Source: a virus (Duplodnaviria > Caudoviricetes). From it: a stretch of DNA of 31,681 bases. Below, piece by piece: positions 8,565-16,151 of the stretch (position 1 is its first letter; the number at the start of each line of letters is the position of its first letter). The notes under the pieces were generated by a model that saw nothing but the letters and a program-made list of their open reading frames with translations, was not told the DNA's origin and made no database searches. The stretch spans positions 1 to 31,681 of the IMG/VR virus record IMGVR_UViG_3300035670_000888, one strand, 5' to 3'. The position numbers and the translations under genes were made by a program.

Positions 8565-8957
8565 TCACACCTTTCCGCCGACGTAGTGGAGAACCACCTT
8601 GCCGTTGGTCGGCGTGCCGTTGTTCTGCGCGGTCATGCACAAGCCAACCCATTCGCCGCTCTCGATCACGGCGATATCCTCGTTCAGCGGCATCGTCTTG
8701 GGCACATTCTTGACCCAATGATCTTGGGTGCCGCCAACCGGTCCGAATACGGTGCCGGTCACGATCGGCGTGCCGCTTGCTGAATACTTCTTGAGCGCAA
8801 CGCGGAACGATGTGTTGCTCTCAGTATCAGCATCGTTGATCGCTACTGCTTCCAGCAGCGTTACTGCTCCGCCTGCGTGCGATGCGTAAAACTCGAGCAC
8901 GTCGCACTGCTTCTGCTGGATATCCAGCGTGAGCGTGTTTACGTCAAACTGCGCCAT
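8565..8957 (-). CDS. Putative capsid decoration protein, paralogue 2
   Basis: 130 aa; shares MAQFDVN, VTLL.A.A.N, GGT.DHW, GE and HYV.GK with 9019..9405. Confidence 0.65.
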   Translation of the reverse strand: MAQFDVNTLTLDIQQKQCDVLEFYASHAGGAVTLLEAVAINDADTESNTSFRVALKKYSASGTPIVTGTVFGPVGGTQDHWVKNVPKTMPLNEDIAVIESGEWVGLCMTAQNNGTPTNGKVVLHYVGGKV

Positions 8958-8961
8958 GACG

Positions 8962-9016
8962 ATGACGGTTGGGTGGCCGACCTCTATCCGAGCAGGTCGG
9001 CCACCGATACCGTCGT
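8962..9016. terminator. Strong hairpin (terminator/attenuator-like) between the decoration paralogues
   Basis: Perfect 12-bp stem ggtggccgacct / aggtcggccacc plus outer gacggt/accgtc; no U-tract. Confidence 0.55.
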
Positions 9017-9018
9017 GC

Positions 9019-9405
9019 CTACGCCTTTCCCTGCACGTAGTGAATCGTCACCATGCCCCGCGTCTGCGAGCCGCCGTCCACCGTGGCGTATGCCAGGCTC
9101 AGGCACTCGCCCTCGTCAATGGTGATGTAGTCACCGTCGAGCGAGAACGACTTGGGAAGGGTGTCGGTCCAGTGATCGGCGGTGCCGCCGAGCGAGCCGA
9201 CGGTGCCAGCGATCACCGTGCCGGCGCTGGTGCGCTTGTGAAGCGCGAGGGTGAAGGTAGCCGTTCCGGACGTCGTCGCGTGATTGACCGCGTACGCGTC
9301 GAGAAGGGTCACCTTGCCGCCCGTACCGCTGTGCTTGTAGACGATCACGTCGTCTGCTGCAGCGGGCATCGGAACGGTAATGCTGTTCACGTCGAACTGT
9401 GCCAT
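9019..9405 (-). CDS. Putative capsid decoration protein, paralogue 1
   Basis: 128 aa, beta-rich, immediately after the major capsid gene; good RBS (GAAAGGA). Confidence 0.7.
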   Translation of the reverse strand: MAQFDVNSITVPMPAAADDVIVYKHSGTGGKVTLLDAYAVNHATTSGTATFTLALHKRTSAGTVIAGTVGSLGGTADHWTDTLPKSFSLDGDYITIDEGECLSLAYATVDGGSQTRGMVTIHYVQGKA

Positions 9406-9418
9406 TCGGTGGTCCTTT

Positions 9419-10270
9419 CTACTCGGTCGGCACGGAGGCGTCGGCGATCAGCTGCACGCCGAACTTCGGACGCCACACGCCGTGCGCGTAGACCGCCGAC
9501 AGGTTGATCTCGTCCGCGCGACGGCTGGCGTCACGCTCGCGCTCGATACGCGGCGCCCGGCGAATGTCGAGTGCCAGGGCCATAGGTGCGAACACACCCG
9601 CCACGGAAGCGGTGCCGGCGCTGATGTTGGACGACTCAAAGATCGTCACACCAGCGGCTCGCGCCACCACACGGTTCTGCATCACAGCGTCACCGAACTG
9701 CGGCGTGTTCTGCATGCCGGAGACCGCAGCCTCCTTGGACAGGTCGTGCCACTGGTACGGGTGCAGCACGGCGTAGTACGGACCGGGCGCGTTCTGCGCG
9801 CGCAGCTGCGCGACAGCCGCAAAGAAACGGCCCCAGGTCATGGCCGAACCAGCGGTGCCAGCGGTGCCGCCCGTGAAGGACGAGAAGTTGCCGATCAGGT
9901 CGGTCTCGATCTTGTTCGCAATCGCGAAACCGAGCTCCTGCGCTGCAGCCTGCATGACGCCCATCGGGTCGGACTCCATGCGCTGGTCGGTCACCAGGTA
10001 CTGCGCACCGACCTCCGAGGGGGTCAGCGTGGAAAGCACGGTCGGCTTGAACGACTGTGACGTGAGGTCGTCGTCGTCATTGACCGCGACGATGTTGGCC
10101 GAGCTGTACTCGCTCGCAACACGCGGAGCGATGCCCTGGCCGGACAGGTTGGTGACGAGGTTCGACATGAGCTCGTTGTCACGAGCGACGAACATCGCGT
10201 CCTCGTAGATCTTTTGGATGTAGTCGGTCGGCGTCTGAATGTCGCTAACCTGAGTGAAAGCTGCCGGCAA
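9419..10270 (-). CDS. Major capsid protein (HK97-fold)
   Basis: 283 aa after the scaffold; TTG start with GGAAAGGAAG RBS; 'YYAVLHPYQWHDL', 'RIERERDASRRADEI...AVYAHGVWRP'. Confidence 0.88.
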   Translation of the reverse strand: MPAAFTQVSDIQTPTDYIQKIYEDAMFVARDNELMSNLVTNLSGQGIAPRVASEYSSANIVAVNDDDDLTSQSFKPTVLSTLTPSEVGAQYLVTDQRMESDPMGVMQAAAQELGFAIANKIETDLIGNFSSFTGGTAGTAGSAMTWGRFFAAVAQLRAQNAPGPYYAVLHPYQWHDLSKEAAVSGMQNTPQFGDAVMQNRVVARAAGVTIFESSNISAGTASVAGVFAPMALALDIRRAPRIERERDASRRADEINLSAVYAHGVWRPKFGVQLIADASVPTE

Positions 10271-10285
10271 GGCGTGCTTCCTTTC

Positions 10286-10933
10286 CTAGTCGGTGTTCAC
10301 GACGCCACCACCGAGCCTCCGAGCCGCTTCCGGCTCAAAGATTCCGGCATTGCCGCCGAACAGCCGTGCCCGCTTCTGCGCATCAGTCTCACCCAACGGC
10401 TCGCTCCGAGCGGGGTTCGCAGGGCTACCTGCCGACTGCTGCACCTTGAGGTACGGCTTCTGCTTGATGAGGCGTCGCAGTGCGTTGTCGAGGCTTTCGG
10501 GATCTGGCCTGCCAGAATCGTCGTACTGCAGAGCGTCACGGTCCAGCATGGCAACGGCGACTTCTGCATCCACGATGCCAAGCGCGTTCGAGCGCAAGGC
10601 GACGGCACTCTCAAGTGCCAGGCGGCGAGTCGTCGAGTCACGTTCAGCTAGCTCCGCTTCCAGCTCCTGCAGTCGCTTAGCTTGCCGCTCCGCTTCGGTG
10701 AGCTCCGCTTCGTCGCGCTGCTTCTGGGCCGCTTCCATGTCTCGGAACCGTGCCCTCCACTTGATCGCATCGTCGCGTGCTTCCTTCAGTGCGCTCGCCA
10801 ACGCCTGCTTGTCAGGGTCCTCAACGGTCTCCGTCGAAGGCTGCTCGGGCGTCACACCCTCGTTCTGCTCAGTGCCCATCTCGGGCTCGGGAACGTCAGG
10901 CGTCACACCTGCGTCCTCGCTGTTGGTATCCAC
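10286..10933 (-). CDS. Head scaffolding protein
   Basis: Acidic N-terminus, coiled coil 'ELTEAERQAKRLQELE', 'LIKQKPYL'. Start placed at GTG 10933 behind a GGGGG RBS; the frame is open to 11047, so the start is uncertain. Confidence 0.8.
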   Translation of the reverse strand: MDTNSEDAGVTPDVPEPEMGTEQNEGVTPEQPSTETVEDPDKQALASALKEARDDAIKWRARFRDMEAAQKQRDEAELTEAERQAKRLQELEAELAERDSTTRRLALESAVALRSNALGIVDAEVAVAMLDRDALQYDDSGRPDPESLDNALRRLIKQKPYLKVQQSAGSPANPARSEPLGETDAQKRARLFGGNAGIFEPEAARRLGGGVVNTD

Positions 10934-11029
10934 AGTACCACTACCCCCGGTTGTCATCTGCATGCGTGCAATCGTGGCAAACGCGCTGCGGCTTGGCTCG
11001 GCAGGCTGTGCCGGCTCAGGCTTTGGTGG

Positions 11030-11044
11030 CTTCTTGCGCGGTGC
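11030..11044 (+). repeat. 15-bp direct repeat, left copy (CTTCTTGCGCGGTGC)
   Basis: Identical to 12602-12616; the pair flanks the antisense cassette. Confidence 0.8.
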
Positions 11045-11093
11045 CATGCCGTGAAGGAAAGCAGATCAGGCCACAGCTATCACGCGCACAGTT

Positions 11094-11142
11094 GGCTACA
11101 TCGCTTGCATCCTAGACTCAACCGGCTATGCTTGTTGCCACA
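11094..11142 (+). promoter_or_regulatory. Promoter/operator element A (TTGCAT-16-TATGCT)
   Basis: 36/49 ungapped identity with 28629-28677; followed by GGAAGGA RBS and ATG 11171. Confidence 0.75.
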
Positions 11143-11170
11143 AGGCCAATCAAACGGAAGGAATCACATC

Positions 11171-11569
11171 ATGGCCAGGCAGCTTCTTAGGGATATCCAC
11201 CCAATCTGCGCAGATATCCTCAACGGCGAGCACGACGACATTCTCGACGCGCTTGCGCAGAGCATCCGCGCTCGGGAAAAGTCGGTGCGCTACGAGAGCG
11301 GAATCGCCAAGGACCGTTTCGTGACCATCGCTGCTGACGCTGACCCGCGCGTTGCCGGCAAGACGGCCCGCGTTCTGAAGGTCAATCGCAAGACAGCCAG
11401 CATCCGCATCATCGGCGACCCCGAATGGGTGTCATGGAACGTCAGCCTCAACCTGCTCACGATGGAGCCAACGACGAAGGAACTGCTGGATGCGTGGGCG
11501 GATACGACGCACGACGACTACGAGAACAAGGTGCGCCGCGGTCAGGCCACGCCGGAGACTGCAGCATGA
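11171..11569 (+). CDS. Hypothetical protein, possibly with an SH3/KOW-like barrel
   Basis: First gene after promoter A, RBS GGAAGGA; 'AGKTARVLKVNRKTASIRI'. Confidence 0.7.
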   Translation: MARQLLRDIHPICADILNGEHDDILDALAQSIRAREKSVRYESGIAKDRFVTIAADADPRVAGKTARVLKVNRKTASIRIIGDPEWVSWNVSLNLLTMEPTTKELLDAWADTTHDDYENKVRRGQATPETAA

Positions 11570-11868
11570 CCGCCCCTACGCTGACATTCGCTGGCACGCG
11601 CATCGTGCACTTCCCCGGTAGCGTGCGCGTCATGCTGGACAACGAAACGGTGCGCTCGCTGGCAGACATGGTCGAAGGACACGTCGGGGCATTTCCGCCC
11701 GATTCGGAGGATGCGCACTACATCGGACTGCTGGCGGAAGCGCTGCGCGGCTCGGACGGTGTGAACATCACAATCGAGAACCACAACGACGGGCGCGACG
11801 ATACCCGCACAACCGACTACTGCGCTGCCCTCGTCGGAGCACTCGTGGACGCGGGAGCCAGCGCATGA
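11566..11868 (+). CDS. Hypothetical protein (100 aa)
   Basis: MTAPTLTFAG...; ATGA overlaps on both sides. Confidence 0.7.
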   Translation: MTAPTLTFAGTRIVHFPGSVRVMLDNETVRSLADMVEGHVGAFPPDSEDAHYIGLLAEALRGSDGVNITIENHNDGRDDTRTTDYCAALVGALVDAGASA

Positions 11869-12077
11869 TTCGTCCCGGTCAGATCGTCATGTACCAAGAC
11901 AAGGACAAGCGGGCGCACTTCGGGCGCGTCGTGCACGTCGGCACCACGTGGCTCACGCTTACGGACCAGCCTGGCACTAAGAACTTCTGGAAGGTGCGTC
12001 TGGATTCGGTGAAGCCGTGGCCACCTATTCGTGATGGCTCGGCGCCAACGCGCCGCGTGAAGCGCGGTGCAGCATGA
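11865..12077 (+). CDS. Hypothetical SH3/Tudor-like small protein
   Basis: 'IRPGQIVMY...HFGRVVHVG' beta-barrel pattern; coupled overlaps. Confidence 0.65.
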   Translation: MIRPGQIVMYQDKDKRAHFGRVVHVGTTWLTLTDQPGTKNFWKVRLDSVKPWPPIRDGSAPTRRVKRGAA

Positions 12078-12328
12078 CCGAAACGACGTTCGACGAGCCA
12101 CCCGAGCCAACCGGCTTCCTTGTTGTGCTGCCCGGCAAGCGCGGTAAGCGATTCGGTATGGGCGTTGGCCCGTTCGAGGACCGCCAGGCAGCGCAGGATT
12201 TCGCAGATGAGTTCATGTGGAGAGTGGATGTGACGGACGGTGGGCTGTTGATCGGTGCGATGTATGCTCCCGACTTCATCTTGTCCGTCGTACTTGACAC
12301 GCAGGAAAGGAAAGCTCGCGGTGAGTGA
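12074..12328 (+). CDS. Hypothetical protein (84 aa)
   Basis: ATGA-coupled; 'VGPFEDRQAAQDFA' motif. Confidence 0.65.
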   Translation: MTETTFDEPPEPTGFLVVLPGKRGKRFGMGVGPFEDRQAAQDFADEFMWRVDVTDGGLLIGAMYAPDFILSVVLDTQERKARGE

Positions 12329-12524
12329 TGACGTCAGCCGGCACATTCAGCACGTCACGGACTGCGCTCGCGCACGCGAGGAAGCAGAGACCGATTTCAT
12401 AGAAGCGGTCCTGCATGCCGCTCGCTCGGGTGCATCGCAGCGGCAGATCGGAAACGCATGCGGTCTGTCGCACGCGCGCATCGGTCAGATCGTTCGCAAG
12501 TACGAGTACCTGCACCGCTACTGA
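12321..12524 (+). CDS. Small helix-turn-helix DNA-binding protein
   Basis: GTG after AGGAAAGG; 'GASQRQIGNACGLSHARIGQIV' HTH. Confidence 0.8.
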   Translation: MSDDVSRHIQHVTDCARAREEAETDFIEAVLHAARSGASQRQIGNACGLSHARIGQIVRKYEYLHRY

Positions 12525-12539
12525 TCGTTCTGCGGTAAC

Positions 12540-12579
12540 GGCGAGCCTGTAGGTGGTTCACACCATCTGCAGGCTCGTC
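12540..12579 (+). terminator. Terminator-like hairpin ending the antisense cassette
   Basis: 17-bp stem with a 6-nt loop; its three non-Watson-Crick positions are all G-U pairs on the + strand. Confidence 0.75.
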
Positions 12580-12724
12580 AGCGTGTAGTGCCTGGCTTCG
12601 CCTTCTTGCGCGGTGCGTTCTTGACGTTGCGCGGCGTGGGCTGCACGGAAGGCACGATACGGATACCGCTCGGGCCGGCACCAATGCGGTCACCGAACTT
12701 CTGCGGATTAGCTTTCCGCCTCAC
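12578..12724 (-). CDS. Small basic peptide (48 aa) coupled to MuF-ART
   Basis: GTGA overlap with the MuF stop; MRRKANPQKFGDRIGAGPSGIRIVPSVQPTPRNVKNAPRKKAKPGTTR. Confidence 0.5.
   Translation of the reverse strand: MRRKANPQKFGDRIGAGPSGIRIVPSVQPTPRNVKNAPRKKAKPGTTR
12602..12616 (+). repeat. 15-bp direct repeat, right copy
   Basis: Identical to 11030-11044. Confidence 0.8.
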
Positions 12725-14505
12725 AACTGCTCCAGCTGGACAACAGTTTTCCTTACCACGCTTCCATCATAGCGGCGAAAGGGAACATCCGTAACCGTAC
12801 GCAGCACGCGGAACTTTGAGTTGCGCGGCAGTAGGAGCTCGCTTTCCTCGAGGTCGAGTCCAAAGTCGGACGGGTTGATGTAGGCACCGCGCCTGGCGCG
12901 GATTTCCAGCACGATATCCCCGACGTCACCGCGCTGCGCAAAGTCGAGCGCAATGCGCGGGTCGAAGCTCGTGCTGACGTATTGGTCCATCTGCACGGTT
13001 GCCCCGGTCGGCATGTTGTCGCGAATCCATGCGTCGCGCCCCTGCCAATCGAGTCCATCAATGTCGTCGGGGTCCACGTAGAAGCTCATGCCTCGCCATA
13101 CCGTTACCGGCTCGTCGAAGTCACCAGCCTTGCCGATCGCCGAATCTATGTTTGTTACCGCTTCGTCCACAAACGCGCTCGGTGGGTACTGACCGCGCAG
13201 CGTTCCGTTGATGTTGTCGTAGCCGAGCTCTGAGTACTCGGTTATTGACCCAAACTCGTCGTCTGTGAGGCTGTTCGTCCAGTTGCGAGTTGGCGACGAC
13301 GGTTCAATAGCTTCGCGCACATCATCATCAGCGTATGCCCAATTTGTTTCGTCGCGCGCGGGCAGCTGCACGGCGGGCTGTAGTTCCGTGGGCTGCGGAG
13401 CCGTGCCGCGTCGGGCATCAGCGTTGCGCAATGCTGCGGTTAGATTGCCAGCGCTGGTACTTGGGCCCCAAACCGGCGACTGCCGCTGCACCACAACATC
13501 GTCGAGCGTGATTCGGTTACCCCGCCAGGCTTCGTACACGCGATCACCGAGGATGCTCCGCTGATCGGCAGCAGACAGCTTCTTGAACTCGTCCTTGCCA
13601 GGTGCGATGCGCACGGTTTCGGGGGTGTCACCATATCCGAGCTCGTCCCACGACTTGGTAAGCGGAGCCATTGTGCAACGGCAGTTCGGGTGCGTCGCCA
13701 TGATTTCATCGAGCGTATGCTCGCTGCCATGCTGTGCCCAACATGCCGAGCATGTGCGGGTGCTTAGATCAGCTACCCATATCCAGCCGTTCACGACGTC
13801 TGCGTTGGCAGCATATTCGGCACGGCTCGCTTCGCGGTATGCACGCAGGGTTTCTGTACGTGCGATCGTCAATGCGCGTGTCAGGTTGCCGCCGAGCGCA
13901 TCCCGAATGTCGCGGGCAATCTGCCGGGGGTTGCGACCGAGCGCAATACCGCTGACCAGCGAATCCCCAACGCTGTCAGCCGCTGAAGGTGCCAGGCCGG
14001 AAAGGAGTTGCGTGATTGCGCCGGCAGGTTGCGTCGCTGCCGTAACCCGTTCGATCGCGCCCGTTGCAAGTCGCACTTCCTCCGGTATCAGGTCGGTGAC
14101 CTCGACCCCACCATCCTCGAGGATGACACCGGACGGCGATACCGATATGCCGGCAGGCAAAGCCGTATCCATCATGGCCAGGGCAGCTTCACGACCCTGC
14201 TCGCTCGCGTTGCCGATTGCCCCACCAATGATCAACTGCGCCTGTTGCCCGAAGCTGCTGATTTCGTCGAGCACTCGGGTTCGCAGCACCTGCAGTCTGC
14301 CCTCCCGCGTAATCAGGTACTGCCATTCGTTCTGCGGCACGCCTTGTTCGCGAAACTGCTGCAGCCGGCGCCGAACAGCATCCAGGTCGTCTTGGATGCC
14401 CTTATACGCCGCGCCATAACTTCGCGTCAGGCTCGCTGCAGCTGCACGGTCGCCGCGCAGAAGCCGCTCGCGGAACTCCTGCGCCTGCTCATAGATGGTT
14501 GCCAC
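12721..14505 (-). CDS. MuF/SPP1 gp7-like minor head protein fused to a VIP2-type ADP-ribosyltransferase
   Basis: MuF motifs 'RALTIARTETLRA', 'RTCSAC', 'HPNCRC'. ART motifs 'YDNINGTLR', 'VWRG', 'YVSTS', 'ESELLLPRNSKFRV' (R-S-E triad). Confidence 0.9.
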   Translation of the reverse strand: MATIYEQAQEFRERLLRGDRAAAASLTRSYGAAYKGIQDDLDAVRRRLQQFREQGVPQNEWQYLITREGRLQVLRTRVLDEISSFGQQAQLIIGGAIGNASEQGREAALAMMDTALPAGISVSPSGVILEDGGVEVTDLIPEEVRLATGAIERVTAATQPAGAITQLLSGLAPSAADSVGDSLVSGIALGRNPRQIARDIRDALGGNLTRALTIARTETLRAYREASRAEYAANADVVNGWIWVADLSTRTCSACWAQHGSEHTLDEIMATHPNCRCTMAPLTKSWDELGYGDTPETVRIAPGKDEFKKLSAADQRSILGDRVYEAWRGNRITLDDVVVQRQSPVWGPSTSAGNLTAALRNADARRGTAPQPTELQPAVQLPARDETNWAYADDDVREAIEPSSPTRNWTNSLTDDEFGSITEYSELGYDNINGTLRGQYPPSAFVDEAVTNIDSAIGKAGDFDEPVTVWRGMSFYVDPDDIDGLDWQGRDAWIRDNMPTGATVQMDQYVSTSFDPRIALDFAQRGDVGDIVLEIRARRGAYINPSDFGLDLEESELLLPRNSKFRVLRTVTDVPFRRYDGSVVRKTVVQLEQL

Positions 14506-14539
14506 GGCGTTAGGTTAGCCGCTGCACTGCGTGGCAGCT

Positions 14540-15874
14540 TTACTGCTCTGCAGCACCACGGTCGAACGCTGTCAGCAACGCGGAACCAATATTTGTCTGC
14601 TCCGAGCTACTGCGCTCGGCTTCGGCGTCAGGGTCATACCCAAGCTCGGATAGCGTCGTGGCCTGGCTGACGCCTGCACGCTGCAGGGCTTCGGCTGCCA
14701 TTGCGCCGGTCATCGGGTCGTCGGGGATGATTTCGGGCCAACGGATTTCCGCGTACAGGTCCGGTCCATAACCACCGAGCTCACACAGCCGGCGCGAAAG
14801 CTCCATCATCATGCCGCCATACAGCCTGCGCTTTACTTCCGTCTTGCGCACAAGCGGGCCGTACAGGATTTTCAGAGCCAGGCCGGAAAGCTGACCGATG
14901 TTTTCGAGGTTGCCCGCCGTGATTGCCGGCACGCGGCTGATTTCGTGCAATGCCGCTTTGACGGTGTTGAACAGCTCGATGTGATCAGCGACCGTGGCGC
15001 GTGGCTCGAGAAGGCTGACTTCGCTATCAGGGTCAGGCAGGACGATCGCCTCGTCGGGGCCAACATCGAGGTCCCCATCGCCCACGCCCTTCGCCACAAC
15101 TTTCGGGTGACCGTGGATGCGCTGTACGCGCGCAGCGTTCGACATTACGCGGTTTATCGCCAGCTGCGTTTCCAGCACATCATCTGTAAGGTCGGGCCGA
15201 CCCCAATAGGCGTTCGGCTCGGGCAGGTTCTGGCAATCCACGATCGGCGCCCACGAGAACCGCCAGGGCGTTTCCGCGATCGTTACCCACTGCCCGCCGA
15301 TGCGCTCACGGCTTTCTTGGTCCACGATCAACCATTGCGCGCCGTCACGGTGAATCACCTGCCGCTTGCCATACTCGCGCCCGGCATCGTCGAGCATCGC
15401 CCATTGCAGAACGTACGCCTCAACCATCCCGACGTCCTCGGGACTCCACATCACACGCAACATCTCGGGGTCCACAACCAGCAGGCGCGGCAGCGTGCCA
15501 GGCTGCGAGCCTTCGGGCGCCGGCAGGATTCGGATTGCCGCGTTGCCGGCAACGGCGCCGTTCGTTGCGGCTCCCTGCCACAACAGCATGTCGCGATTCG
15601 CTTCGTACACTCCGTACAGCCAGCTTGTGACGTCGTCGTTTACCGCCTCGCCGTCCATCACTTCGATGCGAACGTCTTGGCCAAACAGCGCATCCACGCC
15701 GGTATCAACGACGAGCCCTGCCAAGTTCAGTCGAATGTTGTCGTCCGGCTCACCGGGCAACACACGCAGCGGCTTTGGCTGATCGCCACGGTAGATCTGC
15801 CAGGCACGATGAATCCGCAGGTGCCTTTGCCTATCCGCTTCAGCGGTGGCCATGAGAAGCGCATCGAGCGACAC
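14540..15874 (-). CDS. Portal protein (SPP1 gp6-like)
   Basis: 444 aa between terminase and MuF; 'NLAGLVVDTGVDALFG', 'LSGLALKILYGPLVRK'. Confidence 0.9.
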   Translation of the reverse strand: MSLDALLMATAEADRQRHLRIHRAWQIYRGDQPKPLRVLPGEPDDNIRLNLAGLVVDTGVDALFGQDVRIEVMDGEAVNDDVTSWLYGVYEANRDMLLWQGAATNGAVAGNAAIRILPAPEGSQPGTLPRLLVVDPEMLRVMWSPEDVGMVEAYVLQWAMLDDAGREYGKRQVIHRDGAQWLIVDQESRERIGGQWVTIAETPWRFSWAPIVDCQNLPEPNAYWGRPDLTDDVLETQLAINRVMSNAARVQRIHGHPKVVAKGVGDGDLDVGPDEAIVLPDPDSEVSLLEPRATVADHIELFNTVKAALHEISRVPAITAGNLENIGQLSGLALKILYGPLVRKTEVKRRLYGGMMMELSRRLCELGGYGPDLYAEIRWPEIIPDDPMTGAMAAEALQRAGVSQATTLSELGYDPDAEAERSSSEQTNIGSALLTAFDRGAAEQ

Positions 15875-15943
15875 GGTCGTGCAGTCTAGCGTTTATTGCG
15901 GCGCCGAGCGGCGCAGCGTTGGCGATGGGTCTATACTCGGCGT

Positions 15944-16151
15944 TGCGATCAACCGGATACGGTCGCCGATGCCAACTTGCGTACGCATCGAGCAGGGTAG
16001 AGGCGTCGGCCTTTCCTCCTTCGGGCCGGCGCCTCCCCTGCACATTGCCTGGCGTAATCCACTATCATCTGCCATGCGCTGCGGGGAACTGCGGCGCGAA
16101 GCTGCGGAGCGGTCACGTGCTTCCTTCCCGCGTGACCGCTCCGCGCTGTTT
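15944..16151 (+). ncRNA. Candidate multi-hairpin small RNA with anti-SD loops
   Basis: TATACT at 15932-15937, then six consecutive stem-loops. G-U pairs and a GGAA tetraloop favour the + strand. Loops include UUUCCUCCUUCG and UGCUUCCUUCCCG. Ends in a 14-bp perfect stem followed by GCUGUUU. Confidence 0.55.

Noticed and set aside
10934-11047. ATG 11047 as the scaffold start
   Set aside because: No SD upstream; GTG 10933 has a GGGGG RBS and gives a typical acidic N-terminus. Not fully excluded.
10682-11170. 5' extension of ORF 10682..11569
   Set aside because: Overlaps the scaffold and promoter A; RBS and promoter point to ATG 11171.
15944-16151. phi29-type packaging RNA next to the portal
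   Set aside because: The phage has a conventional terS/terL motor, and I saw no complementary loop-loop pair as in pRNA.
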